The notes beneath the pieces are model-generated. The model was not told the origin of the DNA. It saw only the letters and a list, made by a program, of their open reading frames with translations, and ran no database searches. A DNA stretch of 63,746 nt, the filler included, from Craspedostauros australis (taxonomy: Eukaryota): assembly GCA_030167865.1 (NCBI GenBank). It is 12 parts of 12 records of this genome, joined end to end, with 100 filler letters (N's around TTAATTAATTAA, not from the genome) between each part and the next. Parts side by side here need not be neighbours in the genome. Positions count along the whole stretch, not along the records: positions 1 to 1,566 come from JALAGF010003019.1; positions 1,667 to 14,740 come from JALAGF010003020.1; 10 more parts are not named here. The stretch is one strand, 5' to 3'. This document shows positions 1 to 11,919 of the stretch, one piece after another. A program made the translations under genes and the position numbers. The number at the start of each line of letters is the position of its first letter. Position 1 is the stretch's first letter.

Positions 1-137
1 CATTCGAGATTGTTCGATCCGATTCTGAGATGTCGAATCACGGGTGGAGATATGTCACGGATGCCAATTTCCCTCAACTCCCAGCCTGGTATCGGCGCTG
101 CCATCAATGTTGGTGGCCGCTGAGTGAGGATCTGCGG

Positions 138-209
138 CAGCTTCGTTGGCGTCAGCTTCGTTGGCGTCAGCTTCGTTGGCGTCAGCTTCGTTGGCGTCAG
201 CTTCGTTGG
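138..209. repeat. 15-bp minisatellite (CAGCTTCGTTGGCGT) x ~4.8
   Basis: Exact units at 138, 153, 168, 183 and a partial unit at 198; reads as (ADANE)n on the minus strand. Confidence 0.95.
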
Positions 210-1666
210 GATCGGCTGAATTCGCGCCGCACCCGCCGTTGTGGTTGGTCGATGCAGTTGATCCTATGAAGCGCGGCGTCGTTTGCCGCTGCCTTGATGT
301 CGACCTGCAAGATATTGCGATCTGCAAAGTCTGTTGCTGCCCTGCATGATGTGGAGTTGGTGCCCGCTGCGATACGCTGGCGCGATGTGTTTGCGTGTGT
401 GCCTTTCCTACAGCAGCGCACGGGCTGGGTACGGCTAATCCGGCACCGTGTTCTTCCAGCCGCTCTGGTCGTTGCGACCGCACAGAATTCCGATCAGGGT
501 ATCAGGGCTGGACGCTGTGCTGCGGCGACCGCCCTTGGGGAGGTTCCGTGTTCGTGGAGTGGTTGTAGTTGTAGTCACAGACCAACTGGCGCACCTTTCC
601 ACAGCTCCTCTTGGGTCTCGTTTCCAACCATCGCGGTGGATCGCCTTCGCCATCGTGGAACAGAGTCGCACTGCAACGTTGGTGGTGTTTGTGTGAGCGT
701 CTGTTGGGCACATCGTGTCTTGTCGCGCAATCGAAGCAAGTTGAAGTTCATCATCTGGGAACAATCAATCACGGATGACAGGCAGGTGGGTGGACCGCGC
801 CAAGAATGCGTGACACAAAAGCGCACGATCACAACCCAACGTGTCTCTCCTTCGCGAAAAGACCATCTTGCTTTGTGAAGGAATTCCAGCCAGGCGACGC
901 GTGATGGGCTGTTGGCCTTCGGAATTGGTGAAGTGCATTCGCGTTTGGTTGAAGCGTCGTCGCACATCATAAATAAAATACTCTCATCAACGATCAATCA
1001 TGTGTTCGGAGAACAATCTTTGACACGAGGTTGAGTACCGTTGTCATGATGATGAAATTCCGCTGTGATGCATTGGCATCATCGTGGATTACAAGAATCT
1101 CATGAATCTCCAGACACGCTGATCAATCCTTCCCAACGCGAGCGTCGTCCAACGCAAACAAGGCATCACGCTCATGGCGAGAGGGCGAGAGGGCGAGAGG
1201 GCGTTCTGCAGTTTCATTTTCATGTCTGAGCATGCGCTGTGACAAAATGAGCCTGGTGGACGATTCCGCCACAGTCACATTGCATCGCATTCCATTGGAA
1301 TACATCGTTTTGCATTGTATCATGACACTGGCACTTAGTACTTGAAGCCGTACCACACAGGAATCTCCAGGGACGGTTCTGTCACGCTTCACGATTTGCG
1401 GCTGCAATCCGCATGGATTCGAGTGGCAGAGTGCTGTGGAAACAGACGAGCAGCTTGGCCTGCCTTTCTTTGATGTACAAACTTCGATCACAAAACCCCG
1501 CTTGGGCTGCAACGACATCCATCCAAACAGAGCATCGACGATCACATCCCATCATTGCTCTTGGACNNNNNNNNNNNNNNNNNNNNNNNNNNNNNNNNNN
1601 NNNNNNNNNNTTAATTAATTAANNNNNNNNNNNNNNNNNNNNNNNNNNNNNNNNNNNNNNNNNNNN

Positions 1667-2352
1667 CCGACGTCCGGAGGGAACATGAAATCTTGTGCTG
1701 CTTCATCGAATTCATCCGGATCAATCATGTCAAGTTGGACACTGCTTATGTCATCAGTCCCTGGTGTAAACACTCCCTTCTTTGAGCAGTACGCGTGGAA
1801 AGCATACATGCGCTGAACATCAGCAACCATGGGTTGCGGGTTCACGGGGTGACGCATGTTGTTAAGGTTCGCTGCAAGTGGCTGTGACCCAAAGTATGCA
1901 AGGCGTCTGACGATGTTGGCTTTTGCNAGGCCTCTGTTGGCTGCTCGTGGGCTGAAGAGGGGGAAAAGGTACACAAAGGCTTTGGAGAACCCCAGGTCGT
2001 CAACAAGGTAGTNGATGACAGNGGTGGTCTCTGGTGGTGGCTCTGGAGGCATCCGGAAGGATGTGGTCGACAACCCAGCCAGGGAGCCTCCAGTCACATC
2101 AGCCATCGTGTCAACGTGTTCATACGTACCAGCCAAAACCCCCCTGTTCACCAAAGCCACGAACCGAACGGCGCGATCGTCAAACCTCAAGCACCCCTGC
2201 AGCCCACGGAGCCCTCGTGCAAACCTGCGGCGGGCGAGAAAGGGCACGGACGGAGACGGCGGGCAGAGCGTCGGGCGCGAAGGTCGAAAGCCAAGGAGAG
2301 ACGAGGACGGAGCGAAAGGTCGATAAACTATTGAAGCGAAAGTGGGTGTCAA
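1667..2352 (-). mobile_element. Orphan ORF running into a contig end; possible retrotransposon gag N-terminus
   Basis: Open frame (MADVTGGS...FMFPPDV) truncated by the spacer, with scattered ambiguous bases typical of collapsed repeats. No diagnostic motif was seen, so the gag call is inference only. Confidence 0.25.
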
Positions 2353-2815
2353 GTGATGATGAAAGGATCGTCTGAACGGATTATGACCGAAGTCTTTGTT
2401 TTTGTTTTGGGCGATCTCGTTTGTGTTTGCCTTTTCTTCGTTTCGCTGCTGTTTCGCTGCTTTGCTGCTGCTTTGGTCTGTGCGTGGTGTGCGCGTGGTC
2501 TGCGCGTGCCTTCGATCTTTGACACGTTCGGTTGCTGTTCTGCTTCCCTACCAGTTTGTGGTCGACCTGCTTGACCACTTCTCTTCGTTAAAATGACAGA
2601 ATCGTTTTGTTTTGGGAGACACAAGCAAAGACACTCAACTGCCGCACAACATCAACAAGACCACCCTCTCTCTCTCCATCTCCACTTGTCGTTGCCACTT
2701 GTCACTGGCCATTGCCACTTGTCATTTGCCATTGTCACCACCCCACAACTACGAAACGGACACACAATAGACGCACGCTGCGCACAACACACATCACATC
2801 ACATCCCATCACACC

Positions 2816-3754
2816 ATGTCCGCCGACTCCGCCACACCCATCATCCTCGATGGCAAGGCCACAGCGGCCGCGATCCAAGCCGAGCTGACCACCGAAGTCC
2901 AACGCATGCAGGCCGAACACGACGGCGTTATTCCTGGCCTCGCCGTCATCCTCGTCGGTGCTCGCGTCGACAGTGCCACCTACGTGCGCATGAAGAAGAA
3001 GGCTGCCGCAGCGATTGGCATTCATTCGGTGGACGTCGATCTGCCCGACACAGCCACGCAGGATGACATTCTAGAAGCCGTCGCACGCTGCAATGCCGAT
3101 CCCAAGGTGCACGGTATCCTGGTGCAGCTGCCGTTGCCGGATCATGTCGATGAGGCCACGGTGCTGAAGGCCATTGCCATCGAGAAGGATGCGGATGGAT
3201 TCTCGGCCATGAACGTGGGGAATCTGTGCCTGCGCGGTGGAGAACCGCCGTTGGCGGTGCCTTGCACTCCGGCCGGTTGCATCGAGTTGCTGCAGCGGTA
3301 CGACATTGACATCAGCGGCAAGGACTGCGTCGTGCTGGGACGATCGAACATCGTGGGCATGCCGGTGGCGGCGCTGCTGCAATCCTGCAATGGGACCGTC
3401 ACGGTGTGCCATTCGCGGACGCAGAACATCCCGGACAAAGTCAGGCGCGCCGACATCGTGGTCGCGGCGATTGGAAAGGCAGAGTTCGTGCAGGGATCGT
3501 GGCTGAAGCCCGGCGCGGTGGTGGTGGACGTGGGGATCAACAGCGTCGACGATGCTACGAAGAAGCGCGGATACCGTCTGGTGGGTGATGTCAAGTACGA
3601 CGAATGCGCCAAGGTGGCATCGGCCATCACCCCCGTGCCAGGAGGAGTGGGACCAATGACCATCGCGATGCTGATGAAGAACACAGTGAATCTCGCTCGC
3701 CACTCCCTCGGACTGCCACGGATGCCGCTGCGCAACGCCTCCAATAGATCCTAA
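2816..3754 (+). CDS. folD: Bifunctional methylenetetrahydrofolate dehydrogenase/cyclohydrolase
   Basis: Motifs ILDGK, PGLAVILVG..DSATYVRMK, VHGILVQLPLP, EKDADGF, PCTPAG, VVLGRSNIVG, VVVDVGIN and ITPVPGGVGPMTIAML. Confidence 0.97.
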   Translation: MSADSATPIILDGKATAAAIQAELTTEVQRMQAEHDGVIPGLAVILVGARVDSATYVRMKKKAAAAIGIHSVDVDLPDTATQDDILEAVARCNADPKVHGILVQLPLPDHVDEATVLKAIAIEKDADGFSAMNVGNLCLRGGEPPLAVPCTPAGCIELLQRYDIDISGKDCVVLGRSNIVGMPVAALLQSCNGTVTVCHSRTQNIPDKVRRADIVVAAIGKAEFVQGSWLKPGAVVVDVGINSVDDATKKRGYRLVGDVKYDECAKVASAITPVPGGVGPMTIAMLMKNTVNLARHSLGLPRMPLRNASNRS

Positions 3755-5537
3755 GAGCCATCCTCGTAGGTGGGGTGCTTCAGTCAAGGCACTGCAAGTA
3801 GGCACGCACTCTCAGCGAAGCACTTTGCGCACAATGCAATCTCCTCATGCAATACTCTCTCTAGAGAGAATGATTGTGAACTTTCATCATCACGCACACA
3901 CCATGCTACCAGTACTACTCGGGCAGTGCCACGATTATCCCAAATCCCTCTCCGCCTCTCTTGTCAATGAACATCAGTTCTTCTGGAATGAGGCTGCCTC
4001 CCCTTCTCGCTCTCTCTCTCTCTCTCCGGGCCGACCCACTTCAACTTTAGGGTTCGATTCGTGGAGGCTTGAGGCCGTCATCAATGTCTTAATTGCTCGG
4101 ATTCTAACGCATCGTTCTTGCGCTTGTGATCAGACTCCGCGTACCGAGACCGATGAAGCACCAATAGGAGTAGTAGTAGCATGGTCACTGGCCCTGCGAC
4201 GATTATCCACAGCTGTCATCGACGTGGCCACCAGACGGCACGCGCCATGATATTCATGATGCCATGATCCATCAGCAGGAGTTTAGTACGAAGGTGCTGG
4301 CCACTGCATGTCTTTTCTTCCCTGCGGCTTTGCCACCACCATCGCCGCCGCCAACAACAACACTACAGAACAACAGCGACCTGGCCAAGAGAGAGCAACA
4401 TGGAAGATTGGCGGCTCCATCCCACAACATTGGGAAGATCTTCTTCTCCACAGTAATCTATTCTACGATCTATGCCGGACACAATAGAGCTAGCATGACA
4501 AAGGACACGTGAGTTTGGAACGACAATGTGAGGAATGCTGAGAGTCCGCCGGCCAAGCTGTTTCAGCATTGCATGATGCTGGAGTCTCTCAGCGACGTCA
4601 CGATGTCATGGACAGAAAGGAAAGAAGATCGAAGTGCACAGCAGCGATGAAAGGAGGATGCATACTCTACGTGCACACGCTTGTGTGGATGCTGGAAATG
4701 GTGCTGCGAGAAAAGAAGAAGAGAACCCCATCTTTCTATCTGAACACAGACGTCAAAGGACATCGTCTTGCCATCCTCGTGCATTCCCATTCCAAATGCC
4801 GACGAGGAAGTTCCGGAATCACGAGCGCAAAATCCATTGCGGGATGCCACCGGAAGCAGCCACCTCCGTTTGTTCACCCTTTGTTGCGCTTGCATGCAGC
4901 ATACGCACACGCATTCCATGAATGTGGTGGGCAGGAACACATCCACAAGAGTCGTACTTTGTTGTTGGTCTGTTCCCCAAGAGAGGAAAGATGGGGAATG
5001 AATACAACTACATACGTAGTATAGTAGAATAGCAGAGTGCGAGCTGCCATCAGTATGCAGGAGTACAACTCTATTCTGTAGGAGTGAAGCCCCAATTCTC
5101 TTGAGCTCTGTCCTCCAATACTTGTCGGCTAGCGCCACCCCAAGTAGCTTGCTTGCTTACCTACTGACAGCATCATCGCTGCTGTTGACATGATGCAACA
5201 CTTTTTCTCGCTGCTTCTGCCTCCGACAACAGCAGAGCATCGACATTCCATTCCTTCCGAACCTTTGTCCATGAGACGTGATTATCAAAAGTCGAACGTG
5301 CCTCACTGACGCACACACACACACACAAGACATAGGTATGTCGATCGTACAAGCTCGAGGGATTGCGCAAGGCGTGGATCTATTATGCTGTGATGGGACC
5401 ATGCATGTTCACCCTTACCAGTACAAGCGATAAATGGTTTACGAGCCTTCGCACACAGAGACACTGATACAAGTACGAGCAGCCGTATGCAGTGAATGGT
5501 GTCATGAACAAAACTAAAAAGTCTAATGAAGTGAAAA

Positions 5538-6950
5538 TTAGATGCATGCCTCCAGGGGTTGGTTCTTGGAGGACTTCTTGGAACCGAAGACCTTCTTGGC
5601 CTTGCGTCCTGCGCTTTCCCACGCCGCCTCGACCGTCATGACGGGGAGGAAGGCGTTGGTGATGGCGCGACGATTCTTGATCTTCTTGGCCGCACGCTTG
5701 GCCTCTCTGAGCTCGTCTTCGGAAGCACCGTACTGCCATGTGAGCACGTTTCTTCGCTGGTAGTAGCTGAGGATCATCTGCCTCATGTTTCTCCTGGGGG
5801 ATCTCGATTCCTCGTAGTTCTCGAGCTGGACTGGCTCGTTCTCCTCGTATTCCCAATCGAGGGAGATGGGAGGGCCGTACGAGACGGAAGGGTTGTCACC
5901 GATGGTCTGGGTGTAGTGGCGTATCTGGACCTCCTTGAAGGAGACGGAGGAGGATCGCCTGCGCAAGAGAGGGGCGCCGAGGTCGTCGCTGCTGTCCGTG
6001 TCGAGCGCTGCCAGCGATTCCCTCCTCTCGAAGTGCTGGGACGGTTCCGAGATGCGTCGGTGGATCGTTTTGATGTCGGGCTTGGGCATGACCTTCCACG
6101 AGAAGCGGCCGGTCTTGATGCAAGACGAGTCGGAGAGGCGAGCTTTGAGGATGGAAGTGGGCACGAAGGACTTGCGCGGGGAAGGACACGAGACGCTGCG
6201 GCTGGGAGGCTTTTGGCATGGCATGGGTGGGCATGCGAAGGGCGCCGGTGGGAGAGCGGTCAAGGTCGCCGCGTTGTTGGCCATGATCGTGCGCTGCGTT
6301 CGTTGGGAGAGGTCTGGTTCTGACTCTCCGCGAAGCAGGAAGTGTCTGCGGTCTGAGGCAGAGGCCACAGCCGAGGCTTCTTGGACGATGGCGTCCGCAG
6401 CGTCTTCGCCTGCGGTGTGGATGTCGCTGGTGCTGCGTGGCCTGCGATTGCACTCCATGCCTTCGACGCTGTGGATGTCATCGTCGTCGTCATCGCGTGT
6501 CTGCTGCGGAGTGCGTGCGCTGGTGGATGCCGATGGGGCAGTTCCGGCCGCATCGTTTTCATCGCGGTCTGCGAGCGATCGCGCTGAGCGGCTCACAACA
6601 TCCGCATCCTCGTCTTCGTCTGCGGCCTGCAAACTCTCGCCCAGCGGATCTTCAAGAAGGGCCGGTGGGCTGCAGGTGATGATGCCTCTTGGGGAGGCTT
6701 CCAAGGCAGCAGACACTTCATGTCGGTCATGTCCGGAGGCAGACGAGCAGTCGGACAGGCTCTCCGTGCGGCATGTGCCTTCATCGGCAGCAGCGTGTCT
6801 CACCATCTCCAGCAGGGCCTTGGAAGGTGCCACGGGCGACTTTCCCGCGAGATGGTGGTGTTGCTGAAGCTGCTGCAGTTGCTGCTTGCTAGTCAAGTGC
6901 ATGGGCTCGCCGATGCTTCCAACGGCTGCGCTGCTGCTGTTCATGGTCAT
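5538..6950 (-). CDS. Uncharacterised protein of the diatom 'VxF..GDNPSV..GPP..LDW' family
   Basis: 470-aa ORF with a disordered N-terminus and the C-terminal motif SVSFKEVQIRHYTQTIGDNPSVSYGPPISLDWEY; a paralogous motif occurs in 63058-63738. Confidence 0.8.
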   Translation of the reverse strand: MTMNSSSAAVGSIGEPMHLTSKQQLQQLQQHHHLAGKSPVAPSKALLEMVRHAAADEGTCRTESLSDCSSASGHDRHEVSAALEASPRGIITCSPPALLEDPLGESLQAADEDEDADVVSRSARSLADRDENDAAGTAPSASTSARTPQQTRDDDDDDIHSVEGMECNRRPRSTSDIHTAGEDAADAIVQEASAVASASDRRHFLLRGESEPDLSQRTQRTIMANNAATLTALPPAPFACPPMPCQKPPSRSVSCPSPRKSFVPTSILKARLSDSSCIKTGRFSWKVMPKPDIKTIHRRISEPSQHFERRESLAALDTDSSDDLGAPLLRRRSSSVSFKEVQIRHYTQTIGDNPSVSYGPPISLDWEYEENEPVQLENYEESRSPRRNMRQMILSYYQRRNVLTWQYGASEDELREAKRAAKKIKNRRAITNAFLPVMTVEAAWESAGRKAKKVFGSKKSSKNQPLEACI

Positions 6951-9900
6951 GATGGTGCTCCTGTTGACGCCACTGTCAATGTTGCTGTGGCTGTTGCTAT
7001 GGCTGTTGCTTTGTGTGGATCTTCCGCAGACTCAGAGATGGAGCTCCGATTTGTGCAGGCAGGGAATGCGAAACGTTTGACACCGCGAAGTGAAGGAACT
7101 GGAGGCGTTGCCTGTCAACTGTTGACTCTGGATACGATTGCTGCTGCTGCTACTACTGCTGCTGTCTCTTGGGATGCGAATTGTGGGATTTCAGGGTTGT
7201 TCCTTGTCTGTTCAGCGGAGATACTCCTTCTTCACGGTCTTTCCCTTTCTCTTTGCTCTCGCTGATGCTTCTGTTGCTGCTGCTGCTGCTGCTGCTGATA
7301 CGGAACCGAGCTGATGGATGAATACGGGTGCTGTGGGTTGAATCTTCTATCTGCCGAGCGTCTTGTTGCGTTCGTTGCTGACGGTTGTTGGTGGTTGATC
7401 GCTGTCTCTTGTGATGTTGTGGCTGTGGAGTGGAGTACAGGAGCAATACTTCTGCGAGATGATCGGAAGTCTGTCGTTCTCGTTCGTGGGCAAATCGTAT
7501 TCGTTGTGGGTTCTGCTGTGTCGCTTGCCTTGTCCTTGTTCTCTGTCCTTGATTGCCGCTGCTGTTGTTGTGGTTGTCGGAGGTGGTTGTGGTTTGTGTT
7601 GTCGTGTCGTGTCGTGTCGTGTTGCTGGATGTGTGTGAGTTGAGTACACGAGGTGAGTGTGCAAGCAACTCTGCCCAAGAGTGCTCGCGTGGATTCTCGT
7701 CGACTCTTCTCCCCACTTTGCCGCAGTTCTTCGCGCACAAAACCGGCAACAGTCGCGGTGAAGCCCGCGTTCGTTTTGAGCCATTTCGGCTCGTGGCCAA
7801 AACCGCAGGCAGCCTCCCCAAGGTTGAGAATTGCCAAACGGAGCACGACCTCCCTAAAATGTGAACTTCCTTTGCTCATGAGGAAGATGTGCATGTCCCT
7901 TAAGTAGAAATTCCAACTTCGACTTGTCCCTTTGCGAAGTTCTCCAACAGAATCGGCACCAATAACGACGTCACTCGCCATTTTCTAATGTCAATCGACA
8001 GTCTGGCGTGTGAGCGTGTCATCTTCACGCTGTTTCACGCTGTCACGATGCAACACAAGAGAGCAACAAACAGTTGCTTCCGAAAAGTGGAATAGAACTT
8101 GTTGCAGATGCGACATACGATTTGTGTCATGGTTCAAGAACCTGCAGAACCCGATCAGGGCCTATTGCGGGATCCATAAGCGCCATGGTGCTTCACAACG
8201 ACACCCACGCGCGGGCCCTTTCACCTCAGATGGCTATTGTCAACGACATGGCATTGCGCGTGATGACCCCTGATGTCACTGACCTGGGTACCGGTGTGAT
8301 AAATGCCTGTCGCTTTCTGTGTCCCACTGGAAATAGTCCGTGTCCCAACATGGCTGAGAGTAAGTGTTTTGTCCATGTATGTGTGTGTTGCAAGTACGCA
8401 CAAGCGTACCACACCATGCGTGTTTCCATTTACAGACTCCAGCGCATTGCCATACTTGCGCGTACTCCACAACGCATTACCATGTTGCTGGCAGAGCACC
8501 AGCCGGTTGTTCCGCAGCCATCCTGCTCACCTCCATCCATGGGCCACGTCGTCTACACTGCGTGACTTTTGCTCTGGGATCGGAAGAACAAACAGGAAGA
8601 GGACGAGGAATGTGATGTTGTGTCGCGTCCATGAAACAGATGGATGCAGACTCTTGCATGAGAGGATGCCTCATGGAACTTTCAAGATCGAGGTTGCCAC
8701 AGCAAGCCTATCCCAATTTTGCCACGAAACCGGTTTTAAACGTGGCTGGTATTCAAGAGTATTGAAAGAGCATCGCATTCCACAAGTATCCACATGATTT
8801 TCACTATTTCTATTGCACACTTATGTAGTCGACTGCTGTATTGCAATTGTATCCGAGTCGTTGTTCCGTCGTTCGCAAATGCACAAGGATTGAATTTGCA
8901 TCATCGGTGTCATCTCATCATCGACGAAGGTGCATGAATCAAGTGAATGTTCATCGAGGAGATGACACCGTGCATCTTGCGACCATCAACATCAGCGTCG
9001 ACAACAACCACGATGCTGGGGACGGATGACACCACAAGCGCTCCTCGCCTTGATGCTATTGAAAATGCACGCGGTGACATGACACCGCGATTGCTCCCAA
9101 AACAAGTTCCTCACAAACAAAGACAACACATCCGCTCCCGAAGCAACCCGAACGCCATTTTCGCCGATCATCGAATTGGTCGAAGCTAAATTTTCATGTG
9201 TCCGTTGTCACGGCGGGACACACGTTCCGCTATTGATTTCAGTCGTGAAATTACATTGTTGTTGTACTACCGCAGCTTCCATCAATCGTGAATTCTCTGT
9301 CAATACATCACATATAAAGTCTGTCCGTACTTCGGATGAATCAATGCAGAAATATTGAATGTTTGACGACAACCTTGAGCGCGGACGACGGTTAAGTTGG
9401 CGCCACTCCAATCTGATTTGAACAACGACACCTGACGACTGCCATGTGGTTGCTTCCTCACAACATGACACAGAGACAGGACGAGACAAGAATTGGATTG
9501 AACAGGAGCTGGGTTCAACAGGAGTCGGGTTGAAGAGTTGGCGCCAAAACTCAAATCACAACAAGCACAACAACAAACGCGGAGTGGTGTGGGCCCGTGC
9601 TGGGTTGGGCGTGTGTGCGACTTTGAACATTTCTTCGCCATCGATCATGATGAGGAATACTCTCAGAGTTGAGCAGAGCATGTCCATACGGGTAGAGCAG
9701 TAGGAGATGAAGCATCCGCTTTAGGGATGCAAGTCGTCGTGGCGTGCTGGAGAAGCTGCTCCTCTCTGTGCGTATAGTACGACCGATGCAAGGACACAAA
9801 ACCAGATCGTTTGTTTGATTCACCGATCATTCATCCAACTACCCGCACCCACGCGCATACCGAGACTCGCGGTTCAACGTTGACGCAGGGAGTACTCGTA

Positions 9901-9974
9901 CTGACAACATCCTACCGGTAGTGCAGTCGCGGCTATAATCGAGGTGTCAGATGCGCGGCTGAGCGCAGAAGGCG

Positions 9975-11204
9975 ATGGTGTCATCTCGCGGTGCGACGTA
10001 CCGTTCGTCACGCAGGTCTCCAGGAAAGGGGTTGCTGGACGCTTCGGTCGTCACCGATTGTGTCGCCATCAGTGGCTCCGCGTGGTCACCCAACTACATC
10101 TCCGAATCGTCCGGCGATGAGGCGGATGCGGAGGATCCCATCAAGCGCATTGCCGTGCGCAGCAGCAGAGGTCATGGCAACAGTTACAGCATCACCAAAA
10201 GCAAAGTCAAGGGCCGCAGCAACAGCAAGAGCAAAGGCGTCGCCAGGGTCAAAGGGAACGAATATGGCAAGGAATATGGCAACGAGTATGGCAAGGACTA
10301 CGACTATGAGAGTCACGACACCATCGAAGCGGATGGGCATTCCGGCGACCTGACATATTACAAGGATTACCTGAGCTGGAAACAGACTCACCAGGAATAC
10401 TTCAGCCATGATGAGACGGATGATGCCACCATGATCATGGGCAACAAGACGGTGGACACGACCTATACCAGCACGCAAACGGAATCCAACAGCGACACCA
10501 ACTCCCACTTTGACTCCACGTGCAATTCCATCTTCGACTCTGATTATTCGTATGATCGTGAACAAGAACATGGTCACACAGGCTCGTATGGTGGCAGCCC
10601 AAACAGCAGCAGCATCATCAATGATAGCCAGGAAAGTGGCTACGTCATCAATAACAGCCACAGCGATGGCTACAGTAGCAACTCTCTTGATAGGGTCGAT
10701 GCAAGCAACAGCATCAGCTACGACTCCACCTACAACGAAGGTGACAGTTACTCCGACAACAACAACAATAACAACAACCAAAGCAACACCACAAGAAACA
10801 CTCTGGCGTCGATGAACGCCCAAAACAACATCAACATCAGCATCAATAACCTGAACAGCTTCCCAGCGCTGCTGAGCGATCATGACATCCTCATGGACCC
10901 GACGAACTCGGACAGTATCGACATGGACCTGATGCGCAGCAAGCTGCGTAAGCTCTGCCATGCTGCCACCTGCACGCAGACGCCGTGTCCCACGGAACGG
11001 CACTGCTTCGCGCTGCGACGCGTGTTTGCGCACATGCAGAGCTGCCGCGGTCCGTGCGCCGTGCCAGGATGCAAGAAGAACCGTCTCATCTGGGCGCACT
11101 ATCGGCAGTGCATGCAGGAGGAGGGTCGGTGTTACCTGTGCAAGGGGGCACCGACCGATTACGCCGACCTGCGAATGTGCCAGGTCATCTCGAAGCCAGT
11201 ATGA
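9975..11204 (+). CDS. Low-complexity protein with a C-terminal TAZ-type zinc finger
   Basis: Three H-x3-C..C-type clusters: LCHAATC..PC...HC, FAHMQSC..PC.VPGC, WAHYRQC....RCYLC, as in CBP/p300 TAZ domains. Confidence 0.8.
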   Translation: MVSSRGATYRSSRRSPGKGLLDASVVTDCVAISGSAWSPNYISESSGDEADAEDPIKRIAVRSSRGHGNSYSITKSKVKGRSNSKSKGVARVKGNEYGKEYGNEYGKDYDYESHDTIEADGHSGDLTYYKDYLSWKQTHQEYFSHDETDDATMIMGNKTVDTTYTSTQTESNSDTNSHFDSTCNSIFDSDYSYDREQEHGHTGSYGGSPNSSSIINDSQESGYVINNSHSDGYSSNSLDRVDASNSISYDSTYNEGDSYSDNNNNNNNQSNTTRNTLASMNAQNNINISINNLNSFPALLSDHDILMDPTNSDSIDMDLMRSKLRKLCHAATCTQTPCPTERHCFALRRVFAHMQSCRGPCAVPGCKKNRLIWAHYRQCMQEEGRCYLCKGAPTDYADLRMCQVISKPV

Positions 11205-11919
11205 TAGCACATGGTGCAACATGTGAGCACATTCTGCATGAGTACGACACCAATCCAGGATCGAAGTCGAGTATGGAAATGATGTAATAGAATAGTTCAT
11301 ATCATATTATAGTATAGTAGAATACTCGCAGGTTAGGAACATCAAATTGGCGTGCTCCATAGCTGAGTTGAGCAGAGTCACAGCTTGTGATCGTCGCAGC
11401 AAAGGAAGACCCCACTCTGCTCCACCATTTAATGATATTACACATCAAAGGCGACCCCACATAGCTTGACGTTGACTTGTCCTTCTTCGCCCCATTTGTA
11501 ATTGGAACAACGAAAAGCAATTCGGACAAGGCGTATTCGGGATGGATGCTGGGCTGCAGACCTGTCACAACTTCATACTCTCCACATGAATCCACCGCCA
11601 CAACCACATGCATTCACAGATCACTTCATCGAGCAGTAGTTGTGTTGCTAAAATATTTGTATTGTAGTAGTTAGTTACAGGTCGCAATGCGAGTATGATG
11701 ACTTACTTTGCTGCAGATTTGTGATGGTGGTTTGTGTTGTGCGAAGACCGGCGATGTCAATTCCAACCGCGAGTTTCTGCAACGATTGAAACAGGGCTGT
11801 GGATGGGCGACCAACTGAATTTGGTCTCGTCCCTTCTCTCCTCTCACCGCGGTGGTCCTCGAGGCATCTCGTTCACGTCACGCTGAGGCGTGCCGTGAAG
11901 ATCAACGTACGTGGCTGCC

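Noticed and set aside
4009..4026. (CT)n and similar (CA)n and (GGAAT)n microsatellites elsewhere
   Set aside because: Ordinary short simple repeats.
10086..11300. Long antisense ORFs (also 3071-3805, 5935-6867, 12109-12873, 39225-40169, 44986-45852)
   Set aside because: Shadows of codon-biased genes on the opposite strand, with no motifs of their own.
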